Below, one piece after another: positions 19,883 to 31,685 of a stretch of 64,000 nucleotides of DNA (position 1 is the first letter of the stretch; each line of letters starts with the position of its first letter). The DNA comes from Leptospiraceae bacterium (GTDB lineage Bacteria; Spirochaetota; Leptospiria; Leptospirales; Leptonemataceae). The stretch is taken from assembly GCA_040217195.1 (NCBI GenBank), contig JAVJNR010000003.1:1-64000 (forward strand), in the 5' to 3' direction. The notes below the pieces were generated by a model. It made no database searches and had not been told where the DNA came from. It saw only the letters and a program-made list of their open reading frames with translations. A program made the translations under genes and the position numbers.

Positions 19883-20260
19883 ATGGATAAGAAGAAGCTG
19901 GCAAAGTACAAGGAAATGTTGCTCAAGTCCAAAGCGGACATCCTGCACGAAATCGAGCTGGAAAATGAGAATATAATGTACAGCGAGCAAGGGGACCTGG
20001 TTGATATTGCTGATGTAGTAATCAACAATGAGCTAATGAATCGACTGTCCGATATGGACTTCGAAAAAATCAAGCTAATCGACCGGGCCCTGGAAAAGGT
20101 TGAAGATGGTAGTTACGGAGTTTGCGAGGGAACTGGAAAACCGATTCCGGAAGCCCGTCTAAATGCAATTCCCTGGACCCCATACACCGTGGATTACGCT
20201 GAACAAATGGAAAAGCAAAAGAAAAAGGCTGCCCAGATCGAAAGTCAGGAACCCAAGTAA
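19883..20260 (+). CDS. dksA: DksA/TraR family RNA polymerase-binding factor
   Basis: Coiled-coil tip DLVDIA; IDRALEKVEDGSYGVCEGTGKPIPEARLNAIPW. Confidence 0.85.
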   Translation: MDKKKLAKYKEMLLKSKADILHEIELENENIMYSEQGDLVDIADVVINNELMNRLSDMDFEKIKLIDRALEKVEDGSYGVCEGTGKPIPEARLNAIPWTPYTVDYAEQMEKQKKKAAQIESQEPK

Positions 20261-20372
20261 ACCAGCCTGGATACAAGCACCGGCCGGAATTATTCGGTCG
20301 GCCGCCTCTCCAAATTTCCGGAAATCACCTCCCACCTTGCATCCGAGCTCCAAATGCCCGGATAATGGATGA

Positions 20373-22378
<2,006 letters not shown>

Positions 22379-22379
<1 letters not shown>

Positions 22380-24982
22380 TGGCCCGAAGTAACGACCCCC
22401 TGGATACGCCGGTAATGCGGCAGTATCTGGATATGAAATCCAGATATCCGGATTGTATTTTGTTCTTTCGAATGGGGGACTTCTACGAGATGTTTCTGGA
22501 CGATGCGAAGACCGCAGCGCCCATTATGGACATCGCCTTAACTCGTCGCCAGGGAGATGTTCCCATGGCAGGAGTTCCCTATCATAGTGCGGATACCTAC
22601 CTTTCCCGGTTAGTAAATGCTGGCCTCCGGGTAGCCATTGCAGAACAAAAACAGGATCCAGAAAATCCCAAACTGATGCAAAGACAGGTGGTGCGAGTCC
22701 TGTCTCCAGGAACCCTCCTGGAAGAAGGGCTTCTTACTGGCAGTCATGCGAATTACTTGATGGCACTTTCTTTCGACTCGGACAGGTGCGGTCTGGCGCT
22801 GGCAGATATTTCCACCGGCGATTTCTTCTGCTATGAAACCCTGGCGCGAAGCACTCTGGATGGAATGGGCCCCAGAGATTTTATCGCCAGATACCAGCCA
22901 GGGGAAATCCTTCTGGCAAGCAATCAAAGACAGGAACTGGACGATATGCCTGAAAGCATTCGTTCCAGGATTCGCCCGCTGGAGAGCTACAAAGCATCCA
23001 TCTCCGAAGGAATTCGACAGATAGAGGGTAAATATCATTCCAGAGTAGAGGGTCTGGGCTTTCAGAGAGACTCGGTGGCAGCCGGAGCAGTTTCTCTTCT
23101 TTTACACTACGTCGCAGAATCCTTTCCGGCCCGCCCTCCTCATCTAAAGGCGCCCGTGTTGCGAGCCCCTGCTACCCACTCCCTGATTCTAGATGAAAAG
23201 ACAATTCGCAATCTTGAGCTGGTGGAAAATCGCAACTCCGGAGCCACTCTATTAAATGTAATCGATGTAACCAGAAGTGCTCCCGGAAAAAGGGCTCTAC
23301 GAAAGAGGATGCTTTCCCCATTTCGCTCTGTCTCAGAAATCCAGCAATGTCAGAATGCTATAGATTCCCTGATTGGCCATCCTGACCATCTAAGAGAACT
23401 GACCGAACAGCTGGATAGAATCAGTGATCTGGAAAGAATACTGGGTCGCATGGAAAGCGGTAAAGTGGCCCCCCGGGACTTTCGAAATACAATTCAAAGC
23501 GTACAGGCCGCAGAAAGGATCCAGCAAAAACTAGAATCCAATGAGCTTTCGCCGGTACAGAACCGCGCCTCCGTGGAAGTGGCTGCCGAGCTACAGGAAT
23601 TGTGCGTCTGGCTGGATGCGAACTTGAAGGATGAGCTTCCAGCACTATTTGGAAACGGACCTCTGCTCAAGGATGGAGTAGACAAAGAACTGGATGAGGC
23701 GCGAAAAGCGCGCACAGAGGGTGCCCAATGGATTCTGGACCTGGAGCAAAAGGAGAAGGATCGCACAGGACTGAACCTGAGGATCAAATACAATCGTGTA
23801 TCCGGCTACTTTATAGAAATTTCCAAAAGCCAGGCGCAGCAGGCTCCTTCCGACTATGAACGAAAGCAGACTCTTGTAAATGCTGAACGATTTACCTTTG
23901 CGCCACTGAAAGATCTGGAACGTAAGATTCTCTCCGCCGATGACATCATTGCTAAAGTCGAAGAAAGGTACCTGGAAGAACTTACCGAACGCATCTTATC
24001 TCAGTCCGGTTCCATACGAGAACTGATGTCACAGATTTCGGAGCTGGATGTATGCCAGTGTCTGGCCAGCATTTCCATAAACCGTCGATGGACTAAACCG
24101 GAGATTGTAGACGATGGAAGTCTGGAGATTCGAGAAGGAAGGCATCCGGTGGTGGAGAAATACCTTCCCTCCGGTGAACAGTTCATTCCAAATGATACCT
24201 ACCTGGATCAAGATAGACAGAGTTTTGCTTTGATTACCGGGCCGAATATGGCCGGTAAATCAACCTACATTCGTCAGGTTGCCCTGATTCAGATTCTTTT
24301 TCAGATGGGTTCCTTTGTACCTGCTCAAAGGGCTCGCATGAGTCCGGCAGACAGGATTTTCACTCGTATTGGTGCAGGAGATGATTTAAGTCGGGGCGAA
24401 TCCACATTCTTTGTGGAGATGCTGGAAACCGCCTCTATCTTGAATCAGCATACCAGGGATTCTCTTATTGTAATGGATGAAATTGGCCGGGGAACTTCTA
24501 CCTACGATGGACTGGCCATTGCCCGCAGTGTGGCCGAATATCTAACAGATAAGGACAGCCGGCCGCGATGTCTGTTTGCCACTCATTATCATGAATTGAC
24601 GGACCTTTCCGATCGGCCCGGGATTTTCAATCTCACAGTGCAGGTGGAGGAACATGATGGGAAGGTTGTATTCTTAAGAAAGGTCATTCCCGGAAATGCA
24701 GACCGTAGCTACGGCATCCATGTGGCCCGACTAGCCGGACTGCCTTCTTCTGTACTCCATCGTGCAGAAGGAATCCTGGCCCAGCTGGAAAATCACAGCC
24801 TGCAGGTCAGACGTCAGAGTCTGGAATCCGAACTGCATGGCTCACAGACGGAAAACCAGAGCGGTTCCTCACCAGGCAAAAAAGCAGAACAAAGCAAAAG
24901 CAGACAGAAATCCTACGATAAATCGGGGGTACCGGATCCGGGATCCAACCCCGAAGAGTCCCGGCAAATGGGGCTTTTCTAA
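22379..24982 (+). CDS. mutS: DNA mismatch repair protein MutS
   Basis: TPVMRQY, FFRMGDFYEMF, TGPNMAGKST, DEIGRGTST, FATHYHEL, SYGIHVA; C-terminal QMGLF clamp-binding-like motif. Confidence 0.97.
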
Positions 24983-25047
24983 TTTCTTTTTTTGCTTTCC
25001 TGTAGAGAGAGTACCTCTAATATTTTGCAGCATATCTGGAGGAAGAA

Positions 25048-26292
25048 ATGGCAATCACAAAGAAAGGTCTGGGCTGGGAGCTTATGCAATCCTGGCATTT
25101 TTTATTAACTCTGGTTCCTCTGGGAATTACAGGCTGGCTGGCTTTTCTTTATCAATCTTTGCGATCCAAAAAGATTAAATGGTTTCTGGCAGCTGTAGTA
25201 TATCTGGCCTTTGTGGCAGGCTTCTTCTATTTATCAGATCTACACCCGGATGGCGAAACCAGGTCTTCGAACATTGACAATGCAATTTTTGGCCTGGTAG
25301 TTGCAGCCTGGGTAATCCCGATTATCCATGCGCTGATTTCCAGAAAAGAATATCTACTTATTCTGGAAGCCCGGGGAACGGCCAGCGAACAGAAAGGAGA
25401 TTTGCTTCGAGCGGAGATCCAGTCTAAATACAAAGTATCAGACAATAAGATCGATGATACCCTGGTTCAATACAAGGAAGATGATCTGAGTGTAAAGGTC
25501 TGTCGACTGATTTGCAATACATTTCCCTTTTCTCCGGACTTTGAATACTATTTCAACGTAGAAGGAGCTGTAAAACGCCTGGATGCATCGGCAAGCGCTC
25601 AGACGATTGCCAGGGCCAAGGAACTGGCAAAAGGCGATGATATGATTCGGGCTGTAAAGGTAGCTTCTGCCGTAGACATTGCCGATGGAGGATTGGGAGT
25701 TTTTACCGGAATCAAAAATGCCTACGATCATATAAAAAAGAAAGAAGGAATACGAACCTTCGAAGCAGATCCACAGCAGGCAGCGGATGCAGGCATCAAA
25801 GCCATGACCATCGCCTATTTAATTGGAGACCTATTTCCGGGTTCAATTCCTGAAAAAGTGCAGAGATTCTTTGAGACCAGGGCAGGACAGGAACTGGCTG
25901 TGTATTTCGCTGGAGCGGAAATCGCTCTACCCTTCACAGACAATCTGCTGGAAGGAGCCGGAAACTGGATCAATCAGTTACTGAATCAGCAAGGGGATGC
26001 TGCAGAAAAGAAATTTGCGGAATTCGCAGGTCAGGGATCTATCTCAGAAGTTCGACAAATATTGCAGACCTTTGGAGAGACCATGGACCGCACTCTGGTT
26101 CAAGTGAAAGGCTATCTGGATCCGTTTATGGAAAGAGTACAGGGTTCCCTTCCAGGTATTATGAATGCTGCAGATTCGGTTACCGGTGGAGCCGCCACAG
26201 CCCTGGATATGCTACCAATATGGAAACTGCTGGGTAGTCGAGTGGCTGCCGAAGCTTGCGCACTTCGGGCCATTCGCGGCTGGGATAGCTGA
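25048..26292 (+). CDS. hypothetical protein, three N-terminal TM helices plus helical domain
   Basis: GGAGG RBS; 414 aa. Confidence 0.8.
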   Translation: MAITKKGLGWELMQSWHFLLTLVPLGITGWLAFLYQSLRSKKIKWFLAAVVYLAFVAGFFYLSDLHPDGETRSSNIDNAIFGLVVAAWVIPIIHALISRKEYLLILEARGTASEQKGDLLRAEIQSKYKVSDNKIDDTLVQYKEDDLSVKVCRLICNTFPFSPDFEYYFNVEGAVKRLDASASAQTIARAKELAKGDDMIRAVKVASAVDIADGGLGVFTGIKNAYDHIKKKEGIRTFEADPQQAADAGIKAMTIAYLIGDLFPGSIPEKVQRFFETRAGQELAVYFAGAEIALPFTDNLLEGAGNWINQLLNQQGDAAEKKFAEFAGQGSISEVRQILQTFGETMDRTLVQVKGYLDPFMERVQGSLPGIMNAADSVTGGAATALDMLPIWKLLGSRVAAEACALRAIRGWDS

Positions 26293-26357
26293 TTCGAAAG
26301 GGAAAGGAGGATGCCTGTGGACATCCATGGATCCTCTGTGGCCCTTCGCATAGGGCC

Positions 26358-27080
26358 CTAAGCCCGGGGTAGTTCCTTTTCCAGCATATCCGTAATTCGC
26401 GCCATCTTCTGCAGATGATTGTAGATGGCAGTAGAGCTTGCATCACCGGGAATCCAGCTTTGTAGCTCCAGTTGAGTCAAAGCCACACCGTCCTGATCCA
26501 GCAACCGCAAAGCAGCGTCCCGTCCAATCCAGTTAATCTCCCAGTCCGGACCAATGGTTACCGGTCCTGGGCTCTGATTGGCCAGTCCTCTTAATGCAGA
26601 TATTGTAACTGCTGACAATGAGAAGAATCTAGCCTGTTGATCAACCAGAGGCACTCCTGTCAGGTCACCAATGAAAACCCCATCCGATTGTAGATTCCAG
26701 TCTGGCTGAATTTCCCTTTCCAGGCTTTCGGCTGAGACTTCCCGGTCAGATTGTACAATCAAATGAAAAGGATCATGCTCTGTTTCTCTTATTTTCATTC
26801 GGATGAACATAGGATGGGCCTGGCTATCCGGATCTGTCCTGGAGCTATAGCTTTTCTTGATCCCGAATCGATGGCTTCCCAGAAATGCAAAAGCGTAAAG
26901 ATCCTGGCCAATGTAGAGTCCCTTCAATTCGGGAATCCTTTCTTTGAGTTCCAATAGACTACCTTTCAATCCATGGTTACGATCCATACGATTGCGCAGG
27001 ACGGAAGTGAGCGCATAGAGGCCACCCATAAACAGAAAGAACAAAAGAGTAAGAGGTATCAGAATCAATTCTTGAGGCAT
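26358..27080 (-). CDS. hypothetical membrane-anchored protein
   Basis: N-terminal TM helix; 240 aa. Confidence 0.7.
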   Translation of the reverse strand: MPQELILIPLTLLFFLFMGGLYALTSVLRNRMDRNHGLKGSLLELKERIPELKGLYIGQDLYAFAFLGSHRFGIKKSYSSRTDPDSQAHPMFIRMKIRETEHDPFHLIVQSDREVSAESLEREIQPDWNLQSDGVFIGDLTGVPLVDQQARFFSLSAVTISALRGLANQSPGPVTIGPDWEINWIGRDAALRLLDQDGVALTQLELQSWIPGDASSTAIYNHLQKMARITDMLEKELPRA

Positions 27081-27180
27081 CTGCTTGATTTAAAAAGGGA
27101 TCGGAATTGTCTTTCAGGCAAGAAGATTTCAATGAACCAGGAATCATCCAGGACCGTCCAATCAGTGCAATCCGAAGATA

Positions 27181-27202
27181 GGGGCCTTCGGGCCCCCTTT
27201 TT
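27181..27202 (+). terminator. intrinsic-terminator-like hairpin
   Basis: GGGGCC-TTCG-GGCCCC then C and TTTTT. Confidence 0.6.
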
Positions 27203-27407
27203 CTATTTCAGGAAACTTCCCCCGACCAGAAAGAATCATCCGCCTTTCATAGATCCAGGGGATTGGCACTTCTTTTCGCCTATAACAGCAAAGAGCTACA
27301 ATGAATCGATTGCAGTCTTCAGATGAGGACCGGGTTTCCGGATTACTCAAGTTGCATTCGTTTTCCGGAATGGCTACTCGTAGCGCATTTACCGGTTCTG
27401 CAATCCT

Positions 27408-28199
27408 CTAATCGCCACCCTTAAGGGGCCAGATTTTCCAGGAAGGCTCTTCGCTATAGGAATCCCTGAATCGGTAGTAAATCTTTCGGTCTTTGATGAG
27501 AGCTCCGAACTGCGCATCCAGAGGCACCTCTCGAAAAGGCAAATTCTGGATTTGTGGAGGATCCTTTCGAACATCAACCTGGAACATTTCTCGATTTCCG
27601 GTGCCTGCCAGAAGATAAATCCCCGGCTCCGATTCGATTAAACTCAGGGAATACAAACTTATTGGATATTTCTGGCTGGTGCCGTCCCCGTAATCCTCTT
27701 CCGATAGAAAGGATTGTCGCTTTCCGTTCAACGGATCCAGAAGCTCTCCCACACCGGAAGGCCCTGCATTCACTCCAGACACAATCAAGACGTATCTGCC
27801 CACAGGTATAACTCTGTAATTAACATCCGGCTGTTCTGTTTGCCTGTAAAGCTTCCGGGTGCCATCCGGTAGAATGCAACGCAATTCAACATAATCTTCG
27901 CCGGTTCTGGCATGAATCTCTGTACCATCGGATAATTGAATGCTCCGACTCTGCCCTGGTTTGTACATTTCAGAGTAAGGATCCTCAATCATGGGATCGG
28001 AAACAATCCTGGGATAACTCAGACTTTCGCTTTTTGAATCTGCTGCATCGCTGTGATCTGAAAATTCCGGCGATACCGGGTCATCAGGACTGGAAACAGG
28101 AAGGGCAAGATTACAGTGGCAGCCAATCATTAGAGCCATTGCAAGGATTGAATGATAGGCCCCGGCCCGGGTAGACAGAAACATTGCCATTTCTTTCAA
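27408..28199 (-). CDS. hypothetical exported protein or lipoprotein (start uncertain)
   Basis: Hydrophobic segment ending LMIGC; beta-rich body. Confidence 0.6.
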   Translation of the reverse strand: MKEMAMFLSTRAGAYHSILAMALMIGCHCNLALPVSSPDDPVSPEFSDHSDAADSKSESLSYPRIVSDPMIEDPYSEMYKPGQSRSIQLSDGTEIHARTGEDYVELRCILPDGTRKLYRQTEQPDVNYRVIPVGRYVLIVSGVNAGPSGVGELLDPLNGKRQSFLSEEDYGDGTSQKYPISLYSLSLIESEPGIYLLAGTGNREMFQVDVRKDPPQIQNLPFREVPLDAQFGALIKDRKIYYRFRDSYSEEPSWKIWPLKGGD

Positions 28200-28330
28200 A
28201 AAATTCCTCCGGATGCCAGGGCATCTAGATCAAAATGCACCAGGCGTAATTGAGCCTGGAATCAGCCGGGTCTGTTCGGCGTTCACTCTGGACCAGAAAC
28301 AACAGATATAGCAAAACTGTGAGCTCTGTT

Positions 28331-29398
28331 TCAGGCTTTCGCCTTCAAAAATCCGGACATTTCCTCTGGCTTTAGAGGTTTTGCCCAGCCCAGGGCTTTG
28401 AATAGCTGAGGCGCCCAGTAAACAGCCCACAGGATAATCAGAAAATATCGAATGTAGCGGACCACACCTTCAAGGATAATAGGAACTTCATCGAATAGTC
28501 CATCCACCAGTAATTTGGGAACCACTCGAAATAGACCAATACCCAGAAAGCCTACAACAAAGATGCCCAGATAAGATACCAGACTTCTTTCAATCTTGAA
28601 ATAATTCTTGCTCTGCGAAAGGCCCAGGGCCACTCCCATGCCTGCCAGAGTAGCGGAAATGGAGATAAAGATATCCATGCTTCTTGGATCGAAGGCCTTC
28701 TTCAATTCCTGGAGATCTGCAGACTCCAGCCCCACAGCCATGGTAGCCATGGTTCTCCAGTTGGCCGGATCTTCATGATCAATTAGACTGTTTAGTCCCA
28801 GAGCCAGAGCAATCAATAGGAAGGAAACCATTACAGGATAGATTAATTTGCGATTCAATGGAAGGGCTTCGAACCAGCCAAGAACAGAATCTGCCGTGCG
28901 AAGATAGACAAATAGACAGGCTGCTCCAAGAATAAGGCCTCCTATGATGTCCTGAGGGAAATGAACTCCCAGAACCAGCCTGGAAAAACAAATCAGTGAA
29001 ATAAGCAGAAAGGCAGCAGCGAAAATCCATTTGCCGCTGGACCGCAAGGCAAATGCAAGATAACCCCAGATCGTCAAAGCATTCTGAGAATGCCCGGAGG
29101 GAATGCCGTAGCTACTTTCGAATACATAACCCTTGATTTCGGAGCTCACCCAGTAAGGCCTGGGCTCAGTGAGCACAAGCTTGAAGAAAGAATTCGAATA
29201 GGAGGAAAAAAGTAGAATGCCCAGCAATCGTACTCCTATGGCAGGTTGGACAAACCAGAAGAATATGGGCACCAGAATGAAATAGAAGGTCTCATTTCCC
29301 AGGTAGGTGACCAGCTCAAAAGGGATGATTGGCAGTCCCCAGGTTTGTATTTCGGCCACAATGTCTGCGCCCCATTTCCAGATTCCTTCTCCAAGCAT
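28331..29398 (-). CDS. PAP2-family membrane phosphatase
   Basis: KLVLTEPRP, PSGH, SRLVLGVHFPQD motifs. Confidence 0.9.
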   Translation of the reverse strand: MLGEGIWKWGADIVAEIQTWGLPIIPFELVTYLGNETFYFILVPIFFWFVQPAIGVRLLGILLFSSYSNSFFKLVLTEPRPYWVSSEIKGYVFESSYGIPSGHSQNALTIWGYLAFALRSSGKWIFAAAFLLISLICFSRLVLGVHFPQDIIGGLILGAACLFVYLRTADSVLGWFEALPLNRKLIYPVMVSFLLIALALGLNSLIDHEDPANWRTMATMAVGLESADLQELKKAFDPRSMDIFISISATLAGMGVALGLSQSKNYFKIERSLVSYLGIFVVGFLGIGLFRVVPKLLVDGLFDEVPIILEGVVRYIRYFLIILWAVYWAPQLFKALGWAKPLKPEEMSGFLKAKA

Positions 29399-29481
29399 GG
29401 AATGTAAAGGGCTGATGCTTCCAGGTCTGTAAAGCAAAAACCCGACTTGATTTCCTGAACAGGATTGAGTCCGCTGGCAAC

Positions 29482-30324
29482 ATGCATGGAAGTCAGATTG
29501 CGGAGTTCCCATTTGAAGAGATTCAGAAGCGCCTGGACCTTACCAGAGAGATATTACCATCTCTGGGACAGAAGCTACTTCAGATTCAATCGCAGCTACA
29601 TATAGAAAACTCGGCCAATTCAAAATCAGATCTTACTCTAATGAACAGAGCGGATCAGGAAATTGAAGGTCCGTTGCTGGGCTCTTTAAAAGAGATATTT
29701 CCTGATGACACCTACCATGCTGAGATGGAGGATCCGGAAGGCGATCATCTAGACTTTACCTGGTGGATCGATGGAGTGGATGGTACGCGAAACTTTATCC
29801 ATGGATTGCCTTTCTTCTGTATGTCCGTTGGGCTTTCATTTCGCGATACTCCTGTGGCCGGGGCAGTTTATGTGCCAGTGCTGGGGGATATGTACTGGGC
29901 TATTTCAGGCTCAGGAGCTTTCAAGAATGACCAGCCCATTTCCGTATCCAGAATATCTGAAATGGATCGTTCCCTTGTGGCCACAGGCCTACCCTACGAA
30001 CGAAAAGAAATCATAACCAGACTAATATCCGATATTTCTGCTTTCGTCTCCAGCGGCACTGGACTTAGACGAACCGGTTCCGTTATTCTGGACCTTTGCT
30101 ATGTAGCAGAAGGCCGATTTGATGCCATGTGGGAAAGGGGCGTGGATGCCTGGGATTCCTGCGCTGCTTCTGTAATTATCAAAGAGGCCGGAGGAAGACT
30201 ATCCGGATTCTCCGGGGAAATCTTCCATATTAAACAGCAGGACCTGGTGGCCTCCAATGGAATTCTACATACAGAGATGCTGGAAATCCTGAAGCAGGCC
30301 CGGGAGATTGAAGGGATCAATTGA
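29482..30324 (+). CDS. inositol monophosphatase family protein (SuhB-like)
   Basis: WWIDGVDGTRNF, RRTGS, AWDSCAA. Confidence 0.9.
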   Translation: MHGSQIAEFPFEEIQKRLDLTREILPSLGQKLLQIQSQLHIENSANSKSDLTLMNRADQEIEGPLLGSLKEIFPDDTYHAEMEDPEGDHLDFTWWIDGVDGTRNFIHGLPFFCMSVGLSFRDTPVAGAVYVPVLGDMYWAISGSGAFKNDQPISVSRISEMDRSLVATGLPYERKEIITRLISDISAFVSSGTGLRRTGSVILDLCYVAEGRFDAMWERGVDAWDSCAASVIIKEAGGRLSGFSGEIFHIKQQDLVASNGILHTEMLEILKQAREIEGIN

Positions 30325-30429
30325 TCGCATCTGGCGCCTGGCCATTCCAGGTGCTTGTATCCAGACTGCTTTTTTCAGAGTGTCATTTCTGCATCGACAT
30401 ACCATAGCGGAAATAGATTTAATGCAGAA

Positions 30430-30966
30430 TCAATCTTCGCCGCGCTTTCGCTTTAATGCATTCAAATGTCTGATCTCATGGTAGGCCTGTATCCACATCC
30501 AGTCCATGAGGTTCACACCACCAAAGATGGCATGCGGAATACCTCTCTTTTCCATATCTTCTTTGCTCTTACCTGAAATGGATTTTTCGGTCTTTTCCAT
30601 TGCCTTTTGCAGATGATCCAGACAGGTCTGTAGATCCCAGTTTTCTTTTGGTATTACAACCTCCGGCGCTTCAGCATTTCCGGTTTTTAGAATATCGCTC
30701 TCGTAGACCTCATAGTCCACCTTCTGGCACTCGTCGCCAGAAAGTCCAATCTTACCGGCAAGTATTGCCGGCATGGCACGTGCCATAGACCACTGCGTTA
30801 GATATAAATGCTCTGCAATCTGAGAAGCTGACCAGCCGCCTGCTTCCGGCACTGATTGAAATTCACTTTCAGGAATCGATTTAAGATAATCTGTAACCTG
30901 AGATCGAAAGTCTTTCCATTGATCCAGCATTTCTTCTGGAGAATTTATCTGCGATGGATTTGCCAT
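30430..30966 (-). CDS. DinB family protein
   Basis: WSASQIAEHL, HAIFG, HEIRHL. Confidence 0.85.
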   Translation of the reverse strand: MANPSQINSPEEMLDQWKDFRSQVTDYLKSIPESEFQSVPEAGGWSASQIAEHLYLTQWSMARAMPAILAGKIGLSGDECQKVDYEVYESDILKTGNAEAPEVVIPKENWDLQTCLDHLQKAMEKTEKSISGKSKEDMEKRGIPHAIFGGVNLMDWMWIQAYHEIRHLNALKRKRGED

Positions 30967-31043
30967 AGATCAATCTTACACACTTGCGATAGCTGCAAAG
31001 AAGAAAACGCTTTTGCAACTGCGGTGCTCACCGATTCTGGGGT

Positions 31044-31682
31044 ATGGCAAAATCTCAATTATCTGTAAACATGGCCATGACTCTGGACGGTAAAGTAATG
31101 CTTCCGGATGGCAAATGGCACGGTCTTACATCCGCCATCGATCGTAGCACTATGGATGAGTACCGCTCCAGGGCTCAGGCATTAATCGTAGGTAGAAACT
31201 CGGTGGAGAAGGACAATCCCATCTTTGCTCTAAAGGATGGGCGTCCGGGACCGAGACCTGTAATGATTTGTCGCTCCAGGCTTCCGGGTGCGAATCTACG
31301 TTTCTTTGAGCATAATCCTTTGCTTTTTACAACTCCGGACCTGGCTGCCAGCGCCGAAGCGGATCAGATCAAAAAACTGTGCGAAATGGTCTGCCTGGAA
31401 GAACCGTCACCCGGGTACGTTATGGAGGAGCTGGAGACACGTGGATATTCCACAGTGCTTCTGGAAGGCGGGCCCCGATTGAATGCCGGATTTTTTGCGC
31501 AGGATCTGGTCGATCGACTGTACCTGACTATTGTACCCTACGTTCTGGGCGATTCCAGACTTCCAGGTTTTGTAGATGGCTCCGAATGCATTCCCGATTT
31601 TAAGAACAAACTCTGGATACTGGAAAGGTGCGAGAAAATCGGAAACGAAGTCTTTACAGAATACCTTCGGCAGAGAAACTGA
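31044..31682 (+). CDS. RibD C-terminal / dihydrofolate reductase-like protein
   Basis: MAMTLDGK, VLLEGGPRLN, LVDRLYLTIVP. Confidence 0.85.
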   Translation: MAKSQLSVNMAMTLDGKVMLPDGKWHGLTSAIDRSTMDEYRSRAQALIVGRNSVEKDNPIFALKDGRPGPRPVMICRSRLPGANLRFFEHNPLLFTTPDLAASAEADQIKKLCEMVCLEEPSPGYVMEELETRGYSTVLLEGGPRLNAGFFAQDLVDRLYLTIVPYVLGDSRLPGFVDGSECIPDFKNKLWILERCEKIGNEVFTEYLRQRN

Positions 31683-31685
31683 GCA

